DNA of 64,000 nt from Glycera tridactyla. Its lineage: Eukaryota. Both the position numbers and the translations under genes were made by a program. This document shows positions 24,614-37,993 of the stretch, in pieces (within the stretch, counting starts at the first letter, position 1; every line of letters begins with the position of its first letter). The DNA lies in NCBI GenBank assembly GCA_965644265.1, contig OZ286459.1:107818001-107882000 (forward strand). The letters run 5' to 3'. The notes beneath the pieces were generated by a model. That model made no database searches. It saw nothing but the letters and a program-made list of their open reading frames with translations, and was not told the origin of the DNA.

Positions 24614-27600
24614 GAATGAGTTAACCAGCTTCTTAGGCAATATCCTTCCATCTAGGAAATTAGTCCTTCAATCGGGGATTCAGAGACTGTGGTACTCATT
24701 GCCTTCACGGTGAGCGGCGGTGGACGATGGTGGCATGGCTGCTCGTCAGTGGCGTGAGTTGAACGAATCCTAGTGATATTAATGTACATAGCAAAACAAT
24801 CTGATAGAAATACAAATGTCCATTTATTTTGTATGCCTATTGTTATACTGTATGTATTCTCTCTATGTATAGAACATGCATCACACACCCAGAAACGATT
24901 ACCTCGGTTTTTGTATAAAGTATGTACGGCAAGCTTACATACATGTGTTTCATTTTATTGCTTTACTGTTTTTGTACTCAACGGCCTACTATTGTATTTA
25001 TATTTCTATATGGAAAATGAGGGGAAATTTGTGACTGAGATATAGTGATCCTCTATTTATGTTTGATGGTAAGGCTGGAATTATAAGCATGTTGTTTTTA
25101 TTTACAACCCTTATTTCACATTCTCTGGGCAGGTGTCCGACAAACCCCGAAATTGACTGTCATTCCCAGCCTTTGATCTGTCCTCATCTTATCTACATCG
25201 TGGCCTGTATCAGAAACTCTGTGATTGGTCATAATGTCAACATAGGTATAGTCTACAAAAATTGAGCTCTTCCTATTGATGGTTTTGTTGTTGTTGAGAA
25301 TTTGTCGCAAAATGCGAAAATTTATTTGTCCTCTCATCATGGAATCGAATTCTGTGCTGTGCACTCTGCAAAGCTTCTCAAACACCGATAGGAGTTTGCT
25401 TCAAATTCCTATGAAGTTAGTCTACTGAAAGTCAGCCATTTCTCTTTTCCCCATTTGCCAACAGTATTCTGGAGGGTGTCCTGACAGTATGGCAATTCTA
25501 TGTAATCATATTGCATGAAAATCATTTCTTTGTCAGGTGGTCATTATTAAGATGGATTGTATTTGAACTCATGGAATTTCTCAGTGGTTTCCACTCACAA
25601 CCTGATTCTATGAATCTTCTTTGTACACATCTGAATTTCCCTACATCAGGATGTAGGTTCCTGAAAGGAAATGCCTGAATTGCATATGCATGCCAACACA
25701 GAAATAATGAATGCCTGAAATGGACTATTACTGTTAGTCTATTGTCTTGGATATTGATCACAAAAAAGGAGAGAGATATTTTAAGGACATCTACTACCCA
25801 GGTGTTGAGCAAAAGAAATGTGATGAGTAAATTCAATAGTTAAATGCTTGAGTGGTAAGCTAACATTCTGATGAACTGTTTAAGATTAGAAACCCTGAGG
25901 ATTCTTATGAGGGTAAAATATTAAGCTGTATTTCTAACAACCATGAAAGCTTTTGAAAATTCTGTCTCTGTTTTGTTGCACGTCCTAGGAATGCCAGTGC
26001 AATCGTTGTGCCATATGATTATAACTCCATGTACAGTTCATGAATTGGAACCAAGCATACTTCCACAATTGCGCTCACAATTGCACAGATCACTAGTGTT
26101 TAGTATTCACTTATTCACATTTTGTTTCTGTCTCTCGCTCAGTCATTGTTGTTTGATTTTGACCATTTCTGATGGTTATTGTCATACTCCCCGATTCTTG
26201 GACACCTGCCTATTGCCTCTGGTTATGTTTATATGCTTATTGTTTTCGGCGGCGCTGCAGTGTGCAGCGTCAGCTCGATGATACGTCACCGTTTGACTGA
26301 TGAGAAGAGTGCGGCATCAGTACGCATCGCATCGCTGACAGCTGAATGAAGTTACTCATCAAACCCTCGATGCTAAACAATATGTGGCAAGCACCCTCCT
26401 AGGGCTGAATATATCTATTGCTGGACCTACGAATATTTTCCTGGATCTTTCCTTCCTTTCCTTCCAAATTCATATGCTTGTCTGTGATATTATTAAGTTG
26501 GCTTGAGTGTTATATTCCAGACCTCATATCTTTCTAGATGTATAAGTTTTCCATGTTTTGGGGCTTTTTGTGAGGCATGCATGGGCCAATCATTTGTCAG
26601 TCACTGCAGTGACACCAAGCAGTCCCAAACATCAACATGGACTTAGCGACATGGGAGAATGTACCCTCAAATTTCATATTTTCCGCAAACATTCATTGTG
26701 ATGGATGATTCAAAACTTTCAGAAGACGATGTGCATTATAAAAGCATGGTCATTGATGAAAATTGTCCAGAACCTCATTTACTTCATAAGATGAAAGGAT
26801 TCAGGAAAGTAAAGGAAGTCTCAATGATTATCATATTATATATTATAAAACATATCATTCAGTAGATATCCACATGTGTATGTACATATATTTGTGTGTA
26901 TATGCAATGGTGAAATTGGAATATATCACTTCATCAATCAATGAATGCCAGTGATACAATCTTCTCATCCCCTCAATATACAACATGTATATCTTTCTCA
27001 GTGAGAGATTTGGGAATGATTTGAATCCTATATCTTCTACACACTGATTTGATGATGTTTTCATATAAAAGCAAGAAATCATGGAAGTTGAGGAGAGAAC
27101 ATAATTCGGCAAGTGGATGAATTTGCATATGGATTTCGCCATGTGAGATACTTTGCGAATCTCATCATGCGAATTCTTCCACTGGCAAGGTTTTATTCTA
27201 TAATAGGAATTGTTAGTATGTCTTCAGTAAGCAGGACTGAGAAGCTTGTGGATGCGAATCAATCAGGGTATTTTGTACATGAATTACTGGGCATTGTTAT
27301 TGGAATGCAGTTGTCAGCTTTGTTTTGTGTTTGGTGCCGCCTGATTTTTGCTTTACAATCGAGAAGGTTTGCATGTGAAGAGGTCCCCTTGTTGTTTCTT
27401 TTTTGTTACGTGACTTCTGTCTTTTTTGTTACCGAAGTCTTTTATTCAGTATATATACGTATATATATATATATTTTGTATATCCTGTTCAGTTGGGTCT
27501 GATTGTATTGGACAGCAAAAAGTTGATGCTGATATTACTTTTATCTATGGCACTAGTTGCCCTTTCCCAAATTTCGATTTTTCCGGTGTCATGTTTCCAC

Positions 27601-28364
27601 ACTTTGTTGCCTCTTGAAATGCACACACTATCATCAGCTGCTTCAAGCAATGAATGGAATATGTGAAATATTGTTAGGAAATCAATTAAGCCAGCAGCTC
27701 TTTCGCAAAATGATTCATCTCTTCACGGAGGTGTACTTGATAATCTCTCAAGAAGTTGTCTTCCACAATAGTCGATCTGTTATCTGGGGCCTCTCAGTCG
27801 AGACCAAACACAGGTTAGGGCAGTGAAGGTGCAAATATGAGACCAAAAGATCAAAAACAAATGGTTTGGGCAGTATATCTGGGATAAGAGTATGTTTCAG
27901 TGTCTTTATTTTGTGTGTATCCAATGCGCTCAACACCAGGTGGCCACTGAATCACATGACCCTGTCACATGATGCCTGCGATTGATGTTGAGGCTGTGCA
28001 CGTGGCCAGGGTGTACGGAGCTTCGCACCGTCGTAAACACAGGATGCTCCACACTATAATTGTAATTTCCATCATATTTATTTTCCATAGAGACGCCTCC
28101 TTTGTTCTGTGCAGCGTTAACCTATTCCTATTATTATTATAATTATATATATGTGTATAGCTACTTCATGAAATCCAAAGAAGACTGGGAAGCTTGTGTA
28201 TGTATGTATCTATGGGGTGGGATCATGTTGGGTTTCATCACACTGGCCCGTCCATTTGTAGCTGGAACCCTTGATTCAGTCCGTGCTTGTTATTTCTTCA
28301 TCCTATCATAATAGTCAGCTTGAAAACATATCGAGAAGGCCCTCTGAAAAAATGGAAAAATAAA
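24614..28364 (+). other. Putative long 3'UTR of NFI
   Basis: U-rich sequence follows the stop, with no further convincing exon. PUM-type TGTACATA sites near 24783 and 26880. The first AATAAA I noticed is at 28359-28364; the true end is uncertain. Confidence 0.35.
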
Positions 28365-30258
28365 TCAATATTGATTTCATCCTTCTGTCAGTGTTGGCTG
28401 GATATGGTCATGGAGAAGACACTTTCCCTCTGTAATTAGGTCTCTGATGGCTTTCATCTCAATTTGAACTATGCAAACTGTGTACATCACTATTATCATT
28501 ACTACAGAGAACATAGATGAGTGTCAGAAAATTCACGATTGGTCTTTTTTTTTGTTCCTGTATCCTTTTTGTTCACATCCACTTGTTTTAGGGTTGAAAG
28601 AGGATTATTTGTATAAGTGAGGTGTTTTATGGCTAAAATATGTTGGTAGGAGTCTCAGAGTCATGTCAATACCAGCTTTAGCACAACCATGGATGGAAAT
28701 CTATCTCATTTTGAAGCTAATCATTTGCCTTAGCCCAAACTGATGAAATGGCCTTGAATCAGTTAAGATATCCAATATTCCATCCACTGATTCAGACTGT
28801 CATGTCCCAAGAGTGGGCATTCTTTCTTTGAATGGGCAGTTACTGAAGAAATTTTCAGAAAAGGGGAGAAATTGAGACAGTGTGACATTCAAAAGAAACC
28901 TCAATAACACCGGACTTTCATTTTTGCCTATTATCATTATAATTATTATTAGTAGTAGTATCATTATCATTGTGCAAGTATACCCTCTTCTCAGTATAGG
29001 ATTGGTTGCTCAAGAAATGGTATTGATTTTCGTGAGGTTGGGGTATGTTATGAGTTTCCACTAAAGCAATGAATTGTAGGTGTCGTATGAATATCCAATG
29101 GTTCTCTTAATGTGATGAACGGTATCCCTCTGTATGATGGATAAAGTTTTGATGCAAACAGACACTGTAAACAGTGCAGTTCAATGGTCTTCCTAATCCA
29201 CACAGTTACATACTCACCCAAACATATGCACATGTATGCACACACACAGACACACACATACACACAATTCTTTTGTACCCTACACTAAGTAGTAAGTTCA
29301 CATTGATATAGGAACCAATGTGGTTGCCATCAAACTACAGTCAATCAGTCAATCTCCAAAGCTCTCTTTCTATTTACTTCCGAAAAGATGTTCCTCAAGT
29401 TGCCATAAGAGTGAACATATCATATTCCATTTGATCACAGATGAATAAGTCCAAATATAGACTAAATATTTTATTGTAGTATCTTTGCTGAAATACATTG
29501 ATTGCTGGTATTCTATGTTTGTAATGGGCTACTGGTTTCTCAAGTAAAGCCCTGGTCTCAGAATGTCAAACATGGAAGAGTAACCATTACATTAATGTTT
29601 AGGAAAGTCAAGGTTGAATATCTGGATATAGAAGCATCTCAGAAATTATGGTGGGCCCCTCCGGGGCAGTGGAGCATTTGTATGTTTAACGCTACCAAAC
29701 AAAGTCGTTGCAACAGTTAGACGAAGCTTATTATGCATATTACACTCGACTTGTTATCATTGGTGGTGAGTTAGCGGTGAAGGTGAACATGGGGTGCCCG
29801 GCAGCATCGTCTTTGTTGTTGGGACATGTGTTAAATGGTAGGTGACATGCAATATTGCTACGCTTGATGGACAACACCCTCTATTCAGTGCCCCCTTTTG
29901 ACATGCTAGCTGTACTCTTCCCATTCTCAGATGTTGTATGCGGTGCTGAGAAAGCCGACTGAATGACTTCAAAATTTGGTGTGCGTGCGTGTGATTCCTT
30001 CCTTCTCTTCTGTCACTGTGGTGCCCTTAGTACTCCCAGCAAGTTGACAAAAGAATCATGCAAACCAGGTCTGATGTTACTCAGATGTTGGGAGCCAGAC
30101 ATTTTTCCTCAGATTTAGGATTAAACTTGTGTCTCCCAGTCACTCCTCCACACTGCAAAATAGCTGAAAAACTTACTAGTAACACCAACAGTGTCAGTCT
30201 TCACAAAAACATGGCTGCATGTCTGACATGTCCAAGGAAAATCAGCCATTGTGGGATG

Positions 30259-30578
30259 CAGTGTCCAATCTAGGGATTGACTTCAGCGGGAGAAACGCGC
30301 CCCCCCCCCCCCCCCCTCTGAAAAAGGGGGCAATTTCAGGAAAATGAGGGTGTTTTTGATGGGAGAGGAATTCGTCCAGCCAATGCCATGATGTTTCAAA
30401 TAAATTGAAGATATGAGCTTCAGCAGATGAAATAGAATAGACAATGTAATTCAAATGCATCAGTTGGGCTTTTTGATGGGGTGAAATGCGCCCCTCCATC
30501 CAGAAACAAGGGGCGTCATGTCAGGTCCGTTGGGTGAATCCCCCCCCCCCCCCAATGCCCCTTCTGGATTAGACACTG
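30259..30578. mobile_element. CAGTG-terminal MITE with internal poly-C tracts (hAT-like ends)
   Basis: CAGTGTCCAATCT versus reverse complement of GGATTAGACACTG (11/13). No clean 8-bp TSD; flanks are gggatg / aggatg. Confidence 0.55.
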
Positions 30579-30949
30579 AGGATGTAACCTGAAATTCTGT
30601 CTGACATATTGCCAGGCATGATGGAGAGAATTCTGATAGCAGTTGAGTCTAACAAACAAACATGGATAGGCAATTGTCAATTTTATGTAAAACAAATTGT
30701 CAGATAAAGTTTTCATAGTTGCTGCAGCATAGATCAATATCCTTCAGATTTACACAAATCCTAATCATAGAACTTATGCATGCGGGGGCTGTCCTATTGA
30801 GATATCTTTTGCAAAAAGAAGTTGATCAGTTGAATTATGAGTGTTTTGCATTCACAAAGATCTGAAGTAGAGATAGAGAACAGTCAGTCTATGCATATGT
30901 TCATGCAGGTCTGTGTACACAAAATTGTACACTCATGTATTGGCATGCA

Positions 30950-30951
<2 letters not shown>

Positions 30952-31014
<63 letters not shown>
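30952..31014. repeat. (CA)n microsatellite
   Basis: Direct reading. Confidence 0.98.
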
Positions 31015-31016
<2 letters not shown>

Positions 31017-33149
31017 ATTCACATGTGCACACACTCACAAACTCGCACACACACATACACACGCACATATGGTGATGTATCAAGAGCACGTTTTGGCAGC
31101 CCCATGTATGGGCGAGGGTCAATCACCCTACAGCAAAGCACTATGTGGTCTGCATATTCGCCGTAGCCGATTCTCTTGCCCCCTCTGGCACTTCCATTGT
31201 CAGCGTAGTTGTTGCCGCAGCAGATTTTAACCATTCGATGCAGATTTATCAGACCAATTTTCCATTCACCCAGCCAAATGTAACCAATCGTTATCACCCA
31301 ATTACTTAAATGAATTATGCTGGAATTCTACCTATTGATTCATTGATGAAAATTCTGCGAAAAACTATGAAATTATTTGGAAACTACTGGTAGTGATTCA
31401 TTTCATTTGTGGCTTGGAATGGGTGTTAAAATTGTTGAAGCTGATGTCATGATAGTATAGGTGCCCCCCCCCCCCCCCCCCACCACTACCACACACACAC
31501 ACAGAGTCATACATAAGTTGATATTCACATCCTGAATGTACCAAAGCAAATATAATATGCCTGTAAGTTCATTCGAGGTGTTCTACCACCAGTGTGAAGA
31601 GAACTGGTGAAAAAGGAATTCGGGGAATATTCATCTCAAAGGCTTGAAGTAGCTCTGCTCATGGGTTTCGTCTTGGAACTAGTCAATTCAGGCCACCTAC
31701 TGACTGAAAAATTTCACTATATTCCACTCATCAGATGTTATCCTTTGTGTGTGTGTATGTGTGTGAGTGTGTGCGCACACATGCGCGTGCATGCATGCAT
31801 GCATGAGTCCTGGCCAGTTATTTCTTCACTCATTTCTCCCCCCCCCCCATCTGCCTTCAACCTTGTGTCTCTGCCATGAAATGTTGCAATAGTGCTCATG
31901 TCTTCCAAAGCCAACACATACCAGCACTCTGAATGTCAAACAAAAATGATGACAACTGCTCGGGTATTCTCACCACCCCAGAGAGCTGTAACTTATTGTG
32001 TCTTCATGCTGAAAATTTCAGCATTTCAATAGAGTATTTTCATCTCCATTTCAAGCACATGAACACTAATGTGGCAGATTGTCGAGCCAAATTGCCACGA
32101 GATGCTTCTGTATCCTTAAAGACGTTTTCACAGATTTATTCGTCTGAAATACAGTTATATTTGCTTCATAGTTTGTGCTTGTGATTGACAACCATATCTC
32201 ATAGGGTTCCATATATCGCAGACAATGCCTTACTTTGAAATTACTGCCCTGTTTTGCCACTTANNNNNNNNNNNNNNNNNNNNNNNNNNNNNNNNNNNNN
32301 NNNNNNNNNNNNNNNNNNNNNNNNNNNNNNNNNNNNNNNNNNNNNNNNNNNNNNNNNNNNNNNNNNNNNNNNNNNNNNNNNNNNNNNNNNNNNNNNNNNN
32401 NNNNNNATATCAAACTCTTAGATAATCCCTATGTACAGATATGTGATTGTATTCTCACTGATCAATGTTGTTAATACAGAACACTTTGTGGGAATTCCTC
32501 TGTGTGAACATCTATCTTCCTCCTTCACAAATGTTGTGGGTAATATGTGAATGAGAACTGTTAGCAAGAAGGACATATCCTTGAAAATCTGCAACTGCAG
32601 AGTTCTTTTGACAAGTACACATTTCTCGATTGTGCTCATTTCAGGATAGAATGAAACACATATCAGTCTATGCTAGCAATGAATCACCTACAAATACCTA
32701 TTATCTGTTATGATCCATTGTAAGTTTGTGAAATATGTGATATTTCAATCATTCATCGATTGTTCTTACATTTTAGAATTACTGAGTATAATTCATCATC
32801 AATCCAATTCTTCAAGTGCTACAGTCGCTGTGCAATTATAAGTGCACACAAAACTGAAGTAGATGCTCCTTTTTTGCTACAGCCTTCTCCAGAAACAATA
32901 GCAACTAGCAAAAATGATGACAGCTTCATGTATACCTCCATGTAGTGAAACAGACCTCCGGTTGAATGTCAATTACGGGTTCGTTGTGAGTTGTTTGTGG
33001 AAACGCTGTGATGAATATATGAATATGTATGTCAAAGAAGTGCGAGGGAGACTGCAGTGAATGCCATTTCGTTGCCATGGATATTGTAGCTTTGATGTGT
33101 AAAGTATATCGGCAAGGCAGTAACCACTGTCACCTTTAACTTGTTAGAT

Positions 33150-33350
33150 AGGTAGAGGTGTGTTTGAACTGTCAGCCAGCTACTTCCACTTGACAGCCTT
33201 TCTGGTTCCCATCATCTTGTATTCAGGGTTTGTGAAAGTGATGCTAGCAGGAATAGAGCATCTAGCTTTCATTGACCATGAACACATGGTATACATAATT
33301 CTCTGGGTCAATACATGCCATCAAATCTGAGCCAAACCAAATCAAACAGA
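33150..33350 (+). mobile_element. SINE-like copy (same family as 11418)
   Basis: CTACTTCCACTTGACAGCC...TTCAGGGTTTGTGAAAGTGATG...ATACATGCCATCAAA. Confidence 0.75.
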
Positions 33351-33588
33351 AAGCAACCTGTGCTGATGGGTAGAGGGTATCAAGCTTTGGAGCATGCTGA
33401 TCATCAATGTCCCCTGCTTGACAGGATAGGGATGACTTTGGTTACCATAGTTACATATATATTCGGTGCTTGTTTAACGTGACACACACCAGCTGTAATG
33501 TGAATACGTCAGTAAGTGATGAGAAGCCATTTTCTTAGTACATAGTCTGATCATGGTCTACTTGATACACTGATTCCTCCAGTCACTA

Positions 33589-33604
33589 CCACCAGATGGC
33601 AGGC
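33589..33604 (+). promoter_or_regulatory. CTCF-motif match downstream of NFI
   Basis: CCACCAGATGGCAGGC, preceded 5 bp upstream by TCCAGT (near the TGCAGT upstream motif). Confidence 0.5.
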
Positions 33605-33704
33605 AGTCATGTTCGACAATCATTTTCGAGAATGATTGTCCTAATCCACTGGATACTGTCCGCCTTAAAGATCTACTGATCCATTTCTTTGTTTGAAAGA
33701 GATT

Positions 33705-33950
33705 CAACTCCCAGCCAGATAGCTACTTAGATATACCATTGATGGGTTGATTCCGATTCATGTGAGATGTGTGGAGGTGTGTCTGAACTGTCAGCAACTT
33801 CCACTTGATGACCTGTCTGGTTTCTCATCAATCCATGTTGTTGGTTCGTGAGAGTGATGCCTGCATAAGACACTGTCCAGCTTTCGTAGGAGTACAAGGC
33901 ATACCTGATCCTTTGGTTTGATACATGTCATTAAACACCGAACAAACAAG
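33705..33950 (+). mobile_element. SINE-like copy (same family)
   Basis: CTTCCACTTGATGACC...GGTTCGTGAGAGTGATGCCTGC...ATACATGTCATTAAACACCGAACAAACAA. Confidence 0.7.
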
Positions 33951-34321
33951 TCACCTTAAATTACATTCATACTACTGAATTGACCTTTTTGAGAAGATCA
34001 TCCATCGCTATCTTTGTTTGTTTTGTCCTCATCTGAGTGTATCGTTCATTTTCCAAACCGGGAATTTGTTATCAGTTCATCTTGTATACTTACTGTTGTT
34101 CCTTATTTATGCATCTTATTTTGTATATGTACAAAATATTATTTACATTTTCAGTTTTTTTATGACAAAGCACTGTACAGACAATTTTATTTAGTTAAGT
34201 TAGCTTGGTGGTCTCTATCTGGTCATACTGAAATGTTGCATTATCCTTTCCTAATTAAATGCTTTTTGATCGTCCATGGGTATGAAGTCTTTCAGGTATG
34301 CATGTTAGGTTTCAAATAGTC

Positions 34322-34373
34322 TGATTGGAATAAAAACCAACCAATATGATTGGAATAAAAACCAACCAATATG
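34322..34373. repeat. 25-bp tandem duplication
   Basis: TGATTGGAATAAAAACCAACCAATA x2. Confidence 0.95.
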
Positions 34374-37300
34374 TAGAAAATTTATTAAGCCAACTAACCT
34401 TGTTGTCAAGTGTGAACGGGCTGACATTTTTGGGTGACAAGAGGAAATAGCCATGAGGTTTTTATCACCAGAAACTGGTTTCACCCATCTCACAAAGCTG
34501 CATACTTATTTGAAAGTGGAGTAGGAACAATCAGTTTCTAGTGTTTTCTGAGATACTGCCAGCATCTGAAAAGAATTGCTCCAATATCAAGTGTCCACAG
34601 AGGCCATCAATTGGGTTCAGTGGCACATTTTACATTATTAGCTAGCGAATGCAGAAAAAGGTTCTACTGTTACTTATTCATAGGCACTGGATGTCCATAG
34701 CTGATGATGAGAATCAGTCTATGATTGAGACACTTTGTACATGTATGTGATTTGTTAACTGGGACGTTGTTGTTTAAGGTCAACTATGCACTCTATTTAT
34801 TTGAACCAAGAATGTTTGGTTCACTTCCACTATCTATAAGCAATACGATGAGCCACAGTGCCGTGGGTGTTGAAACCTGAAGGCTATCTACATTGGCTTT
34901 TATGTTAGCTTAGCCAAAAGATCTGCAACAGACTGAAATTCCAACTCCAGATTTGAGTGAATATTGGTATGTACAGGAGAAAAAAATTCACATTAATGTA
35001 CACATTTTCATCTGTTGTGTTGAAAGCCATACTTTTGATTAATGTGATGTAGTTGACTTACCTCTAGTAGCAAAAAACTGCATGGTCAATTTCATATCAT
35101 ATACAGACTGGTTAAACTCATAATTATCCATCATTTGTTCATCTATGTCCATTGAAATTGAGAACTTTCACCATTGTATTAACCTTTTTTGTTAATTTGG
35201 TGAGATGACTGGTATGTTTGTGGCCAGAAGCTCAGCTGGCATCCCTTTAAGTGTGATTATGATACTGGCAGGTGTCTGCCTGTTTGATATGAAGTTTCAT
35301 CCACTGGTGAGTGAATGCCAGTAGATATGCCAATCAGCATGATAATCATTTGACAGCTGTTGATTTCACTCATCATTAATTTTGCTGAAAATATTGGCTC
35401 TGATCCTGTATTGTTTGATTTAACTATGCAGTCTTGATTTGATATGACGGAGCAAGAATTTTCTGTCATCATAAATTTTTCTGTAGTACAAAGGCCCATA
35501 CAATTTCTCTTGTATTGAGATATTCTTTGTTTCACTATTATTTGAGTTTTAAAAAGTTGGCATTAAGTTTCATCCTAAGCAATATGTATTTTACTGTTTG
35601 GAGTTGGATTTTCAAGTCAGGTATGCCTATCTCTTGCTATGTGTATGAATGTTTTATGTGGTCCAGAGTGGGGTGTACAGAATGTGTATATATGTCTGTA
35701 TGTATACATACCAAATCTAATTTATTGATGTGTATGAAGCAACACAAATGTACAAAGATGGAACTTGTTATAGCCCCACTGGATGAGACCCAATATGTAT
35801 GGAAACTTGCATTTTGCAGGTATATTCATATTCAAGAAGAAAGTACATCACTGTGCCACATTACAAAGGTCGATAGGCTGGGACTGTTTTTTAGTCACCT
35901 ATCATATTATAATCAATAATCAAATTAGTAATCCATAAAATGATTTGTTACATCAATTTTTAATCTCTCTCTGAGAAATTTCGCATGGAGAAGCATGCCC
36001 ATTGCATGGTAATCATTGTATCAAACTTTATCATGACTGACAAATTCAGTTCATAGCTGTATTGGAATAAGAGAAGCCAACCATTTCAATTTCTGAGTAA
36101 TGATTACCTTCTTGAGCCGCAATCTAGGCATTTTATGTATGAGATTACTACATGATATTCAAAAACTTCCATCACTACTCTTAATGGTTGGTCATCAAAT
36201 GTTGGCATCTCTGGAAATTTGTCAGTATTTATAAAGCTAAAAAGGCAGTCTTATCAAATTCTGCTCTTTGAGTATGCACGGATGTAGTGTAACATTTCAC
36301 TGTTATGTCTGTTTTCTTGTGCTATAGGATGTATTTGCAGGACTGGGTAACTTTTCGATACATTAATGGTCTCGTTCACTGGTTGATATTTGATATAGAA
36401 TGGATTGTATCCAGCATGCAGTGAGATCACGTGCCATATCACCGCAGGCACTGTACTCCGTTACATCATCCATTACAAACGAGGCCTTCACACTTACATC
36501 CTAATTGCCATTGCCAAAAAAGGGCTGCAAGCTAGCCAGGGTATATCACAATAACCATAGCTTGGATTGCAGAGAATGAAAACGGCAGAATATCCCACTA
36601 TTTCTGTTATATCTCCCCATTGTTAGGGCTTATGCATAGTTTCGCTGGTATAGAGCAGGCATAGTACTGTATTAGGATATAAGTGGAAGGCCTTTAAGGA
36701 AGTTTTATCAAATGACTCAAGAGCAACTTGAAATGTAGAGTGTCTCACAGATTGATGTAATATATATTACCCAAAATTGCAACCCAGATGGTAATGACAA
36801 CCAACCAGCCAAATCAAAAAAATCATCAGCTGGCAAAAAAAAAACATCAATGAAGGAAAAAAAGAGATTACTCTTGAACTAACAGTGCAACCTGACATGT
36901 GATTCAAGCCATTGATCAAGCACAGGTAAACTGAGCCTCCATAAGAGTTGCTGGTTCAAAATGTTGATCCAACTTCGAGCAGGCCTTTTTGGTTGATTTT
37001 CATCACATTATTTCGATTCCCCTTTTTTTCTTCAATTTTTGGTGATTCCATGAGATTTGGACATAAATGATGGTGTGAAATGAGCCAGCACCATTTAGCA
37101 TACATTGATGTGAAGAACGAAAGCTTTGGATGTTCAAGGATGATCCTTTCTAATGATCTGTGTTTCATCCTATTTGGTCCTGAATCAAGTTGAATTTGTG
37201 GTGCCCTGCATTTGGCTCAGGAATCATTTGACAAAACTACAATTTAATGTACAATTGATTCATATATCTATATATACATATATATATATATATATTTATG

Positions 37301-37744
37301 CTTTTATCCTCGAATCAGAGAATCCACTGGTGCCTAATGGATGGATGTGGCGACAGTCCTCTCGGGTACACGTGACTCACTTATTGCACAAACATGCCTT
37401 ATTTTGCCGATGACAATTTGAATAAGGTTTTGTACATGGATTTTGATGGGGGTATGATTGTTAGTTCACTAAATCATTGTGTCTTGTATACAATTGTCAC
37501 CTGGGAATGATCCTTGTTGTAGGAGCAAGAGCTGCACCTGTATTTTATAGCGGGTCATCTTTTTAATCAATGCATGTCAATGTGTAACTTTGAGCGGACT
37601 TTTTAACAGGACTGTGGTTGCTTACTTCTGGGGATAGCTCTTCTGTGCCACTGGGTTTCAACATGAAAAATGTCTGCTTACTCGCATACATTTCTACTCT
37701 GAGCTGTATGATCAATATGATCAAGCTGAGGACATGGAGAACTT

Positions 37745-37993
37745 GGCTTCAGCCAGTTGAATAGTTAGATATGCCATCTTCAGGTTCATCATCTTCATTT
37801 TAATGAGGTAGATGTGTGTCTGGACTCTCAGCTACTTCCACTTGACAACCTTTCAGGTTCCCCATCATCTTGGGTTCAGGCTTTGTGAAAGTGATGTCTG
37901 CAGGGGAGAGAACATTTAGCTTCCATTGATCCAGAACACACTGCATAAATAATCCTCTTTGTCGATACATGACGTTGAACCTCAAACCAACAA
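37745..37993 (+). mobile_element. SINE-like copy (same family, longest)
   Basis: CTACTTCCACTTGACAACC...TTCAGGCTTTGTGAAAGTGATGTCTGCAGGGGAGAGAAC...ATACATGACGTTGAACCTCAAACCAACAAA. Confidence 0.8.

Noticed and set aside
24489-24713. Gln-rich ORF (74 aa) as the NFI terminal exon
   Set aside because: This frame has a TGA five codons after the acceptor (NAFCI*). The phase-1 junction selects the ERFLHMM... frame instead.
26659-26865. 68-aa ORF as an extra NFI exon or downstream gene
   Set aside because: Lies after the stop, with no convincing acceptor and no recognisable domain.
30837-31297. His/Thr and Val/Cys repeat ORFs (also 40958-41255, 51992-52228, 56888-57248, 53193-53512)
   Set aside because: Translations of microsatellites or the minisatellite.
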